DNA of 64,000 nucleotides, from positions 5,156-69,155 of the forward strand of contig CAZHQW010000008.1 of NCBI GenBank assembly GCA_964534745.1. Reading direction: 5' to 3'. This document shows positions 45,700 to 55,037 of the stretch, one piece after another. This DNA is from an uncultured Bacteroidales bacterium. Its GTDB lineage: Bacteria > Bacteroidota > Bacteroidia > Bacteroidales > UBA10428. Both the position numbers and the translations under genes were made by a program. Positions within the stretch are counted from its first letter, which is position 1. Each line of letters starts with the position of its first letter. The notes under the pieces were generated by a model. That model worked only from the letters and a program-made list of their open reading frames with translations, had not been told where the DNA came from and did not search any database.

Positions 45700-47277
45700 T
45701 CAGTTTGGGTATTCCACCGATTCGATTGAGGGAAATGATTTTCGGAGAATATTTCTGGTATTCAAAAGGCTCAGGAACGCATTTGCCAAAAAATACAGCT
45801 TGTGAGGATGTGAAGATTGTCTTATACAATTGTACAATTCCCTGAAGATTTTTCTTTCCTGCCCTGTGGCTCTTATTAATAAGAACTTTAAAAAGCCTGT
45901 AGTCATAGATATACTTTGTAAGTTTACAGGCATTCGTGATATCCGCAGCCTGCTTTTCTTTTGAGATTGCTCAAAATTATCGAAAAATGTTTTAAACCTG
46001 TAAATAAAGTTCTCAGGTAAATAGAGATTCCTGAATAGCCAGCACAGGCCGTCATAAAATTGTGCGTGTGTCATCTGTTTCGGGACTATAGTAAATGTAT
46101 TCAAAGAATTTACTTTATCAGGATTGGCTCTGGCAGCCTGTTCCCAGTCAATATACCTGCCTTCCTTTATCATTCGTTCCTTAAGTGGTGAGCCGTCAGC
46201 AGCCTGAAGCGGCATAACCTGGATGTTAGGGATACCCGTCTGATTGAAAAAGTCCAACTGCTGGCGAAAGATGGAAATATCATCGCTGTCAAATCCGACG
46301 ATGCACCCTGCATGAACCAGTATTCCATGCTCGTGGATTCTTTTTATGTCCTGCAGCATATTACCGCACAGATTCTGTAATTTTTTTGTTTCTTTAAGGC
46401 TTTTTACATTTGGAGTTTCAATACCTACAGAAAATCTGGTTAATCCCGCTTTAACAGACAGTTCGAGAAATTCTTCATCTCTTGCCGCATCGATAGAGAC
46501 CTGTGCGATAAAGATAACCTGGTGATGCTTCTTCCTGTTCCACTCTCCCAGTGCAGCCAGAATCTCCTTTGCCTTATTTTTATTGCCCGTAAAATTGTCG
46601 TCTGCTATAAGAATGAATCTGAATGATCCTATTCTGAACAGTTGTTCAACTTCCTGAATAATAGTTGAAACAGGCTTATACCTCATTTTATTGCCCATGT
46701 ATCCATGAACGCTGCAAAATTCACATTTGTACGGGCACCCGCGGCTAGCCTGTACAATTCCCCAGAGGTATCTTCTCATCGTACTTGATGCAACTCCGCT
46801 AAAGTCAGGAACCGGACATGCAGACATGTCAATCCTTCCACTTTCATGGTATTCCTTTTTGTAATTTCCGGCTAAATAATCTTTAAGGAACTGTGGCCAT
46901 GTTCTCTCTGCTTCACCTGTTATCAGTACATCCGCAAACGGTCTCCATCGGTCAGGGCTTAAAGTCGCCGGAGAGCCTCCGCAGACAATCAACGAACCAC
47001 GTTTTGAGAACTGCTTTGCTATTTCCCGGGCCCTTTCCAAATAAAAGGAAAAACTACCGATGCCCACGATATCAAAAAATTCGTTAAAATCAACAGGTTC
47101 AGCATCCTCGTCAATGATCCTGACTCTAAAATCTGCCGGAGTTAATGCAGCAAGAGTTGCCAGGCTGACAACAGGAGCTCCGCCCGATCTCCTGGTAATC
47201 AATCTAAGTATATCAGAGATATTGATGAAATTACTTTCAGCGTTTCTTGGTAATACTAGTAGAATTTTTCTTTTCAT
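45700..47277 (-). CDS. B12-binding-domain radical SAM enzyme (class B, with a DUF4070-like C-terminal region)
   Basis: 525 aa. The N-terminal B12-binding-like Rossmann region is KILLVLP..VVSLATLAALTP..RIIDE. The CX3CX2C cluster motif is RGCPYKCEFCSV. A long C-terminal helical extension follows. Confidence 0.8.
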   Translation of the reverse strand: MKRKILLVLPRNAESNFINISDILRLITRRSGGAPVVSLATLAALTPADFRVRIIDEDAEPVDFNEFFDIVGIGSFSFYLERAREIAKQFSKRGSLIVCGGSPATLSPDRWRPFADVLITGEAERTWPQFLKDYLAGNYKKEYHESGRIDMSACPVPDFSGVASSTMRRYLWGIVQASRGCPYKCEFCSVHGYMGNKMRYKPVSTIIQEVEQLFRIGSFRFILIADDNFTGNKNKAKEILAALGEWNRKKHHQVIFIAQVSIDAARDEEFLELSVKAGLTRFSVGIETPNVKSLKETKKLQNLCGNMLQDIKRIHEHGILVHAGCIVGFDSDDISIFRQQLDFFNQTGIPNIQVMPLQAADGSPLKERMIKEGRYIDWEQAARANPDKVNSLNTFTIVPKQMTHAQFYDGLCWLFRNLYLPENFIYRFKTFFDNFEQSQKKSRLRISRMPVNLQSISMTTGFLKFLLIRATGQERKIFRELYNCIRQSSHPHKLYFLANAFLSLLNTRNILRKSFPSIESVEYPN

Positions 47278-47334
47278 ATAATGTTACCTCTATCGATTAA
47301 TCTGATATTCAACCGGTATTTTCAGGCTGCCGGC

Positions 47335-48411
47335 TTAATCATTTCTCCTGGCCAGCTTATTTAAAAGGATTGAAACCAGTCCTCCAAGCATGATATAGCC
47401 AAGTATCACTTCAGCCATAATTATAGACTGTGCAATAAGGCTTGTTAATTTTGGTGTAACAACTCCAGTATCTAAGGTTGTAAAAGTCAATATACTGTGA
47501 TAGAATGCATTATACCAGTGAGCAAGCTGTCCGTTTGCTGTTCTAAAATGAAAAGAATGCTTAAATAATAAAATAATGACCCCAAAGAACAACGTTATTA
47601 ACAAAGACACAATGGCCCACTGCCAAATACTTTTTCCATAATTACATGTTAATCCCCAGATAAGCTTTTTAACTTTTTTAATCCCTTTAGAATTTTGTCG
47701 CTTCCAGTTATACAGCCATGCTTCATCGCGCACTTTTCTGCCAAGCACAGGATCAGTATAACTTATGTTAATTAGCTGTGCCCTGGAAATGGCCTTTATT
47801 ATCGCCCTTTCTGCCTTTTTATTATACCCTTCTTTTATACTTAAGATTATATTTCTGATTAATGCTCCTTTACAATTAAAAGGAACTGATTCCCCTTTCT
47901 TATCTGTAAAAGAAATGTCAATTAACTTCGCATCATTTAAGTAACTGTGTGACAGGTCCGCATTATACATGTTAGTGTCCTTGAGGAAAGCATGTTCAAG
48001 ATAGGCACCCTCGAGATATGCATTCTTGAGTTGAGTTCTCTCCAGCCGGGCATTCTCCATATGAGCACCCATTAAGTTGGCCTTTTCCATATGAGCTTCC
48101 ATCATATCTGCATTTTCGAGATGAGCAATAGTAAGTATAGCATTCTCCAGATGTGCCCTTGATAGGTCAGCACATTCAAAGTAAGCTCCCATAAGGTCGG
48201 CATCCGACAGGTAAGCTCCTGACAGGTCAGCGCATTCAAGGTGAGCACCTGATAAATCGGCTTTTTTAAGTCTTGCTTCCCGCAATTGCAATTTAAAGTT
48301 GCTGTTAATTGCCCTTTGCTCACAATGCCATTTATTCCATTCTTCAATATTATTTTCTTTAGAACACTTGATTAAAAAGTCGTAATGTTCTTTATTAAGT
48401 TTAGTTCTCAT
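47335..48411 (-). CDS. pentapeptide-repeat protein fused to a 2-TM potassium-channel-like pore domain with a degenerate selectivity filter
   Basis: 358 aa with about 24 pentapeptide units (ADLSGAHLECADLSGAYLSDADLMGAYFECADLSRAHLENA...). The C-terminal part has TM1 (WAIVSLLITLFFGVIILLF), a pore-helix/filter-like stretch (WYNAFYHSILTFTTLDTGVVTP, versus canonical T-x-T-T-V-G-Y-G-D) and TM2 (LIAQSIIMAEVILGYIMLGGLVSILL). Confidence 0.75.
   Translation of the reverse strand: MRTKLNKEHYDFLIKCSKENNIEEWNKWHCEQRAINSNFKLQLREARLKKADLSGAHLECADLSGAYLSDADLMGAYFECADLSRAHLENAILTIAHLENADMMEAHMEKANLMGAHMENARLERTQLKNAYLEGAYLEHAFLKDTNMYNADLSHSYLNDAKLIDISFTDKKGESVPFNCKGALIRNIILSIKEGYNKKAERAIIKAISRAQLINISYTDPVLGRKVRDEAWLYNWKRQNSKGIKKVKKLIWGLTCNYGKSIWQWAIVSLLITLFFGVIILLFKHSFHFRTANGQLAHWYNAFYHSILTFTTLDTGVVTPKLTSLIAQSIIMAEVILGYIMLGGLVSILLNKLARRND
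47917..48273 (-). repeat. intragenic tandem 15-nt-period repeats encoding the pentapeptide units
   Basis: Recurrent DNA words such as gcattctccatatgagc / gcattctccagatgtgc / cattttcgagatgagc occur across this span, in register with the A(D/N)LxG/A repeat of the protein. Confidence 0.7.
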
Positions 48412-48829
48412 AGTATTTTATTATTACACAGGGCAGATAACAGATAATTGTCAAATGCTGAAATAAAAATAAATTATGGTCCGCCTTTATCAAAACGGAA
48501 ATTTGCAACGGGTTTGAAAAGATCTACGTAATATGCAAATCAGCAGTATTTTTTTACTGCTCAGAAGCACTTTTAGTAATTTTTACTACAGAAACCGGGT
48601 CAATTTCTTTCTTTTAATAAAATTAAAGGTCCGTATTATTGAATTATGCAATAATATTATTACCTGTGTTAATTATATTGACCGGTAAGGCTATTAAGGT
48701 AATACCGGCGTTGAAATACTTCATTTTGTTTGCTATAAAGCAAATAAATCCATAACTTGTCATTTTCGGATATATAAATATCAGTTTATCGCAACAAAAA
48801 TTGAATTTTTAAACCTAAACCCTTACATT

Positions 48830-49393
48830 ATGAAAACAAACCTCTTTGTTCTTTTAATTCTGGCTGTTTTAGCAGCAACTGCCTGCCAGGAGCAGATAGA
48901 TGTTGACAAGGAAAAGGAAGCTATTATAGCCGTTGTTAACGCAGAATCCAACGCATACCTGGCAAGGGATTTTGAAACTCTGTCCTCTTACATGGTACAG
49001 GATTCATTGCATATACAGTTATATGCAAGTAAGTGGAATTTTGAATATGTAGTTGGATGGGAAGATGCAGTTGAAGGATATAAAAAAGATTTTGCTAATG
49101 ATTCGGCATGGAATAAAATGAAGAATCCCAGACTCGAAAGGAAGAATTATTATATCAAAGTTTATCCTCAAAGTGCATGGGCGGTTTTCAAGACTATTTA
49201 TAAGTGGGATGAGGACACCATAACACATAAGTGGAAAGTTATTGAAACACGTTTCCTTGAAAAGGTTGACGGTGAATGGAAAATAACCTATGTTAACAAT
49301 GTGTCCAAGACAGGTTATGAAGAGCAAGAAAAGGAGAAAGAAGCAGCCAAAGCAGCAGAACCTAAGGAAGAAAAAGAAGAAAAGGCTGAATAG
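48830..49393 (+). CDS. lipoprotein, NTF2/SnoaL-like (DUF4440-type) fold suspected, with a Lys/Glu-rich tail
   Basis: 187 aa with a lipobox (LAATACQEQ). The block KEAIIAVVNAESNAYLARDFETLSSYM resembles NTF2-like domain starts. The C-terminal low-complexity tail is EEQEKEKEAAKAAEPKEEKEEKAE. Confidence 0.45.
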   Translation: MKTNLFVLLILAVLAATACQEQIDVDKEKEAIIAVVNAESNAYLARDFETLSSYMVQDSLHIQLYASKWNFEYVVGWEDAVEGYKKDFANDSAWNKMKNPRLERKNYYIKVYPQSAWAVFKTIYKWDEDTITHKWKVIETRFLEKVDGEWKITYVNNVSKTGYEEQEKEKEAAKAAEPKEEKEEKAE

Positions 49394-49435
49394 GAGTATG
49401 CCAGACCTACGTTAGCTATCCGAAATGTAAATGAA

Positions 49436-49470
49436 TAAGCCCTCTGGAATATTATACAGGGGGCTTAATT
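49436..49470 (+). terminator. possible terminator hairpin after 48830-49393
   Basis: A 10-bp stem, aagccctctg (49436-49445) / cagggggctt (49456-49465), has one G-U pair and a 10-nt loop. The downstream T-tract is weak (aattgtt). Confidence 0.35.
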
Positions 49471-49538
49471 GTTATAATCCCTGTACAAGTAATTATGCTG
49501 ACCATTATATATATTATTGACATCTTAAAATAAAAATA

Positions 49539-51113
49539 ATGGACAAATTTTTTCTGAAGATCAAACACTGGCAGTTAATACTATTGCCTTTTGTTGTTTC
49601 ACTTATGTATACTCTTTGTACCCAAAATTATTTCGCTTCACCTCCTGCATATATGAGATCTCATATAGCCTTATTTGCTTTAAGCCCGGCAGTGGTATAC
49701 TCATTTTTTATATTATTCTGGTATGGATGGATTTATTCTTTAGGTAAAAGTCTTCATAGGAACCTCCCTCCGACAGTAAAGATGAACCTTAGCGGATTTA
49801 AGAACAGTATTTATTTAATTTTTATCTGGCTGTTTTGTTTATGCATCTTCAATACTCTTATGATGACCAGCCGGTTATCTTCCCGTGAATATTCTGGTAT
49901 AACATTCTTATTTATGTTCTTATTTTTCTTGTTTTCGATTTTAGCAGTAATCCTTACTTTCAGATGCAGGTATGTTGTAACCAGGGCACTTAGAGCTGCA
50001 GAAAAACAAGAGCCTGTAAAATTTAACCAGTTTGCATTAGACTTTTTCCTGATGATTTTATTTTTACCTTTCGGCATATTAAAAGTTCAACCAAGGATAA
50101 ACAGACTGTTTAAGGAGGAATTGGATGCGGGTAAGAAAATACATGAAACAAATCCGCTAATTAAATGGAGTTTGAGTCTTATTTTTATATTGTCCGGACT
50201 GGCTATCTTGGTTTTATATTTCCACAATCGCAATTTCTTACTTTCAGGTATACCTTTAATTCTTGCAGGGATTATGCTGCTTCCCCCGATTGGCAATATG
50301 ATTCAGAACAAATTTGGCATAGACAAGAGAAGACATATCAGTTATACTTCAGTAATACTATTATGCTTATGTTCAATGCTGTTTTTTAATATTCCTCATA
50401 CTATTGACAGAGAGAGCAGGAAGGCAAAAAAGATTGTCTATTACAACAGCAATGAGCAACCTCTAAATAAGAAAGAGACCAGGCTTATAAAAAAAGCTAT
50501 TCATCACGATAAGATAAATGTAAGCCTCAAGGCACTTGATAAAATAACTGATCAAAATATGCTTCTTAATATTGCGGTGCTTTCCAGACATATTGATGTC
50601 CGCCATCAAGCACTTAGAAGATTAACAAGTCAGTATTTTCTTACAGAAATTCTTAAAAGGAAAAATTATATGGAAATTCATTATGCAGCACTTAAAAGAA
50701 TAACTGACCCGGCTTGTCTTGCTGTTGTTGTAAAAGACTGTGGCAATAGCCATATTCGTATTGAAGCCCTTAAAAGAATAACAGACCAGGATATTATTGC
50801 TTATGTTGCCAAAAAAGATCCGAATTCTAAAGTCCGTATTGAAGCTATAAAAATATTAACAGGAAGAAGTGTCATTGCTGACGTTGCCAGTAACGATCCT
50901 GAATATGATATTCGGCAGTTCGCATATAAAAAACTGGGATTGGAAAACAGCCAGGACGCATTATATGATGTTTTCATGAATGATACAATCGGATGGGTCC
51001 GTAGTGATGCATTTGATAAACTGACAGACCGTAAAATATTAAATGAAATTGCAGCAAATAATGGCTTCTATGGAAGAAAGGCAAAAGTGAAGCTAAGGAA
51101 GCTATATAGATAA
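49539..51113 (+). CDS. polytopic membrane protein with a C-terminal array of ~7 HEAT/PBS-lyase-like 26-aa repeats
   Basis: 524 aa. The N-terminal ~300 aa carry about 8 hydrophobic helices. The C-terminal repeats are ALDKITDQNMLLNIAV..VRH / AALKRITDPACLAVVVKDCGNSHIRI / EALKRITDQDIIAYVAKKDPNSKVRI / EAIKILTGRSVIADVASNDPEYDIRQ / DAFDKLTDRKILNEIA. Confidence 0.6.
   Translation: MDKFFLKIKHWQLILLPFVVSLMYTLCTQNYFASPPAYMRSHIALFALSPAVVYSFFILFWYGWIYSLGKSLHRNLPPTVKMNLSGFKNSIYLIFIWLFCLCIFNTLMMTSRLSSREYSGITFLFMFLFFLFSILAVILTFRCRYVVTRALRAAEKQEPVKFNQFALDFFLMILFLPFGILKVQPRINRLFKEELDAGKKIHETNPLIKWSLSLIFILSGLAILVLYFHNRNFLLSGIPLILAGIMLLPPIGNMIQNKFGIDKRRHISYTSVILLCLCSMLFFNIPHTIDRESRKAKKIVYYNSNEQPLNKKETRLIKKAIHHDKINVSLKALDKITDQNMLLNIAVLSRHIDVRHQALRRLTSQYFLTEILKRKNYMEIHYAALKRITDPACLAVVVKDCGNSHIRIEALKRITDQDIIAYVAKKDPNSKVRIEAIKILTGRSVIADVASNDPEYDIRQFAYKKLGLENSQDALYDVFMNDTIGWVRSDAFDKLTDRKILNEIAANNGFYGRKAKVKLRKLYR
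50526..51090 (+). repeat. intragenic 78-nt-period tandem repeats (26-aa units)
   Basis: For example, cttaaaagaataactgacc begins at 50691 and cttaaaagaataacagacc begins at 50769, exactly 78 nt apart. Diverged copies lie on either side. Confidence 0.6.
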
Positions 51114-51115
51114 GT

Positions 51116-53611
51116 CTAGTTCTTCCCTTTTAATCCTTTCATAACTCCCGGATCAACGGACCTGATATGCAGGTCATGCTGCGGGAAAGGTATTTCAATA
51201 CCGGCATCTTTCAGTGCCTTATTCACGGCAACGTTAATCTCACTCTGAACGCTTAATCTCTCATCAGCCTTGTTAATCCAGAAAAGCAGCCTGAAATCAA
51301 GGGAGCTGCTGCCAAAACCTGTAAACAGTGTGAGAGGTGCCGGTTCTTTAAGGACCTGTTTATGTTCACCAGGTATATTCTGCAATATCTTTAATACCTT
51401 ATCGGGATCGGTCCCATAGGCTACTCCTACCAGTACCTCTGCCCTCCTCTGCCTGTTAGTTAGTGTCCAGTTTATCAGTTCCTTGGATATAAGGTTACCA
51501 TTGGGTACAATGACCTCCGCACCGTCAAAGGTAAATATTGTGCTGGAGCGTATGCCTATTTCTTTTACTGTACCCCAGAACTCACCTACCTCTATAATAT
51601 CTCCCACCTGTATAGGTCTCTCAAAGGCAAGAATGATACCTGAAACAAGGTTATTGAAGATATTCTGCAACCCGAAACCTATACCTACACCTAAAGCGCC
51701 GAGAAGCAGGGCCAGCTTGTTCATGTCAACACCTGCCGCAGCCACGGCAAACAAGAAGCCTATTGTGATCACTGCTATACGAAGAATAAGTGATATTGCC
51801 CCGGGAACGCCCCTCTTAAGCTTTATCTTCGGAGCTACTTCTCCTTCGATAATTATTCTGACGACCTTCGATACCCACAATGTTAACCATACAATAAGTG
51901 CAAATACCACAATATTGCCAAGTGACATACTCACTGTGCCAACCGATATAGTATAGGTAAATAGCCCCAATATCCATTTATAGATGTCATCCCAGATTGT
52001 GAACAGTCTAAGTGTAAGGATTAACCAGAGAATCCAGGAAAGAGCATTCACAATGACAACAAGTCTTTTATAAATTATTTCGCTGTACTGCTTTATTAAA
52101 TTGAGCTTCTGCAGGCCCTTGCTATATAAAGATATGATAATAAGGCTTTTTATTGTCAGGCTCAAAGTATAAAATATGAGTATCAGGGCTGCACTTTTTA
52201 TAATTCCATAGGTAATAAACTCTGCCAGGTTAACCGCACCCACAATTACTGCAAAAAATGAAATAGCAAGAAGTATGAAACTGATCGTCGCAAGGAAATG
52301 CAATACTTTCCCGAGACTTACAGACAAAATATATTCTCTCATGGACTTCTTCTGTATTATCCATGCAAGGCATAGCAGTCCGAATACCATAATAATCATG
52401 AGAAAAAAACGGCTGAACAGTGAATCACTGTAAGCAAGTCCGTGCACCTGAACCAGCACAACAGCAGCTGCAGTAAAGTATATAAACATCCTTATCTTCT
52501 TTGTAATAATATCCGTAATAATTATTAGGACAGGAACCAGCAGAATTACCATATTAACAAGTTTGACTGACTCCGGGATATTGTCATAAAGGATATAAGT
52601 CATAAGAAAAGAAATAAGTAGAAGGGATGAAAATGGCCTCTTTATTATTTTATTTATTGCCGCAGCCCTCGGCATATCTTCGCCCGGGGTGAAATGCTTA
52701 AGAAGGCGGTAAGAGAAGAGAACGAATACAAGAAGGATGAGGAAGACCATAAGGTGCATCCATATCCTGAAAGAGTAATTATGTATGAAGTCCTTAAAGC
52801 TGATAATTGTGTCATCGATGAATGATCTTTTTTCTTTGAATACTTTTCCTTTCTCCTCTGATTTTGACACCTTCCAAATAGGAGGCTGGTCGAGTTCGAA
52901 GAGCTTCTTTGTCGTAACCTCCCGGGCAAGTGTTATCTTACCCATAATCTCATTTACAAAAATTAGTGCCATGGAAACCTGCACAAGCCTTTCCTGAAGG
53001 AACTCGGAATCTGACTGGAAGTCGGATTGAAGTTTTTCCAGGTTATCAAGGGTGAATTTAATCTGCTCAATAACCAGCTCAGGAGCTTCTACCTTCTGTA
53101 CCCCCATAAGCGTGTTTTGCCATATGGTCTGCATTTCCTTGAGTGATTTTATTTCATTTTCAAGATCCCGGACGCGCCCGGTCAGGACACCCTGTTCATT
53201 CAACAGGAGAGAATGCAGAAGTGACCATTCACCTTCAAGGTTATTCAAAATTCTGAAGTTAAGCGATTCTATCTTATGCACGCGAGGGTCTTCCCTGAGC
53301 ATATTTAACCTGAATATAAGTGTATCTGTCCTTGATACAATGGCAGCTTTATTATCCTCTTTTAAAAGACTTTTCTGCTTGTTCATGATAAGGGAACTAA
53401 CCTCTGTCGCCTGCCTTGTTATTTCAGGTATAGGGATTGATGTTGTTACCTGCCTGACTGTATCAGGTGCAGGCTCCTGTTGTGCTTTAACATGGACTTG
53501 CAGAAAAAGTATCTGAACCAATATTAAAATCACCGGTATCATAAATCGTCTGTGTGAGAGCAACATCGAGGATGTATACGGATTTAAGTATTGCCTTTTT
53601 ATCGGTTTCAT
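51116..53611 (-). CDS. MscS-family (MscK-like large) mechanosensitive ion channel
   Basis: 831 aa. It has an N-terminal signal and coiled-coil periplasmic region and multiple TM helices. The MscS core is LLLGALGVGIGFGLQNIFNNLVSGIILAFERPIQVGDIIEVGEFWGTVKEIGIRSSTIFTFDGAEVIVPNGNLISKELINWT. Confidence 0.85.
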   Translation of the reverse strand: MKPIKRQYLNPYTSSMLLSHRRFMIPVILILVQILFLQVHVKAQQEPAPDTVRQVTTSIPIPEITRQATEVSSLIMNKQKSLLKEDNKAAIVSRTDTLIFRLNMLREDPRVHKIESLNFRILNNLEGEWSLLHSLLLNEQGVLTGRVRDLENEIKSLKEMQTIWQNTLMGVQKVEAPELVIEQIKFTLDNLEKLQSDFQSDSEFLQERLVQVSMALIFVNEIMGKITLAREVTTKKLFELDQPPIWKVSKSEEKGKVFKEKRSFIDDTIISFKDFIHNYSFRIWMHLMVFLILLVFVLFSYRLLKHFTPGEDMPRAAAINKIIKRPFSSLLLISFLMTYILYDNIPESVKLVNMVILLVPVLIIITDIITKKIRMFIYFTAAAVVLVQVHGLAYSDSLFSRFFLMIIMVFGLLCLAWIIQKKSMREYILSVSLGKVLHFLATISFILLAISFFAVIVGAVNLAEFITYGIIKSAALILIFYTLSLTIKSLIIISLYSKGLQKLNLIKQYSEIIYKRLVVIVNALSWILWLILTLRLFTIWDDIYKWILGLFTYTISVGTVSMSLGNIVVFALIVWLTLWVSKVVRIIIEGEVAPKIKLKRGVPGAISLILRIAVITIGFLFAVAAAGVDMNKLALLLGALGVGIGFGLQNIFNNLVSGIILAFERPIQVGDIIEVGEFWGTVKEIGIRSSTIFTFDGAEVIVPNGNLISKELINWTLTNRQRRAEVLVGVAYGTDPDKVLKILQNIPGEHKQVLKEPAPLTLFTGFGSSSLDFRLLFWINKADERLSVQSEINVAVNKALKDAGIEIPFPQHDLHIRSVDPGVMKGLKGKN

Positions 53612-53760
53612 AGTCCAGAGGTATTTTAATAATAAAAATAATAATTCCTGAATAAACTGGACTTAATTCAGGGCATTTTTATTTAAATTAGGTGTTAGTT
53701 TAAAAGCAACCTTATATTTTATTATTTCATCATTAGACTTGGTATTAAAAAATGTAGAAT

Positions 53761-54543
53761 ATGAAAAAACTTATGATAATAATTGCATTGTGTTCAATTA
53801 TTTCATGCGAAAAAAACGATATTGACATTGAATACGGGAATATTCCGAGCGGACCTTCAGAAATCGTTAACGAGTTGAATGAAGCCTATGATCAGCAATC
53901 AAAGGAAAAGCTGAACCAGATACTGGAAAAATGGCATATTGAATACACGGCTGTGAAAGAAGGCAATATAAATAACGATACGGCAAGGAATGCATACGAA
54001 GTATATATTGAGTTCTATACACCCTTTGATATTGGCAGGCTTGGCGGTTCAGAATGGGGGGAAGGATTATATTCCGGCGTCAGCTATGCAATAATACAAA
54101 ACAAACTGGTTTATGATTTTGCCTACGAGTCATCATCCGTCGTTATTCCTGATACAATATTTGATTTCAGGCCCGAGATAAGTTTTGACAATGGAGTGAA
54201 AACATTATACCTGACGGAAAATTATGAATATGCGCTGAATGTTTTTCTGGGTGACGAATATAATCCTGCGGGGACCGGAGGAATAATGAATCCGGCAACT
54301 GCAGGGGGAGATTCATACGAAAAGCAGCAGTTTCTTAATAACTACCTGAAAGTTATTTACGGCCACTGGGGCGGCTACTGGCATCTTGAGACACATCCCG
54401 AAGCATACAGGATCTCATTTGATAAAAATATGGAGAATGCCATTGTTTATTTCAGAATTGTATATGAAGGCGGCGAAGCTAACTTGACAAGGCAGGATGG
54501 TGAATGGAAATTAGTTTCTTCAAGAATAAAGTGGGTAGAATGA
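53761..54543 (+). CDS. lipoprotein of unknown function
   Basis: 260 aa with a lipobox (ALCSIISCEKND). I recognise no family. Confidence 0.45.
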   Translation: MKKLMIIIALCSIISCEKNDIDIEYGNIPSGPSEIVNELNEAYDQQSKEKLNQILEKWHIEYTAVKEGNINNDTARNAYEVYIEFYTPFDIGRLGGSEWGEGLYSGVSYAIIQNKLVYDFAYESSSVVIPDTIFDFRPEISFDNGVKTLYLTENYEYALNVFLGDEYNPAGTGGIMNPATAGGDSYEKQQFLNNYLKVIYGHWGGYWHLETHPEAYRISFDKNMENAIVYFRIVYEGGEANLTRQDGEWKLVSSRIKWVE

Positions 54544-54625
54544 ACAGGGGCAAATTCTTCACTTGTTTATTAACAATAATTTATTTAATTTAGGTAAGTA
54601 TTAAACGGTAATTAAAAAATATATT

Positions 54626-54862
54626 ATGAGTGATATGACATGCCCCAAGTATGAAAAATGCCCTATTTTCACAGGTGAATCATTTATGATAAAGGGTTCA
54701 AGCCAGATTTATAAGGAATTGTATTGCCTTGCCGGCCCTGAAAGATATGAAACATGCAAAAGGTTTATTGTATCCGAAAAAACAGGCATGCCTGTACCCA
54801 AGACTATTATGCCAAATACTGAATTAACTATAGAAGAGATAATAAAGAAAATGCAAAAGTAA
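54626..54862 (+). CDS. small 4-Cys protein (CX5C...CX9C), putative metal-binding, unknown function
   Basis: 78 aa: MSDMTCPKYEKCPIFTG..LYCLAGPERYETCKRF. It lies 175 nt upstream of the PurF-like gene on the same strand. Confidence 0.45.
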   Translation: MSDMTCPKYEKCPIFTGESFMIKGSSQIYKELYCLAGPERYETCKRFIVSEKTGMPVPKTIMPNTELTIEEIIKKMQK

Positions 54863-55037
54863 CCATAAAGGCTCCGAACGGTTACTGCCTTCCAAAAACT
54901 TTTTAACATATATTTTTGCAATCGGACAAATAATAACTGATCCGGATTGTTAATTTCTTTTTTAAGCAGATAATTAAAAATCCTTTGAAATTTCTTTTAT
55001 TTTTAGTTTCAAATTTGTAACAAAATCATTAAAGAAT

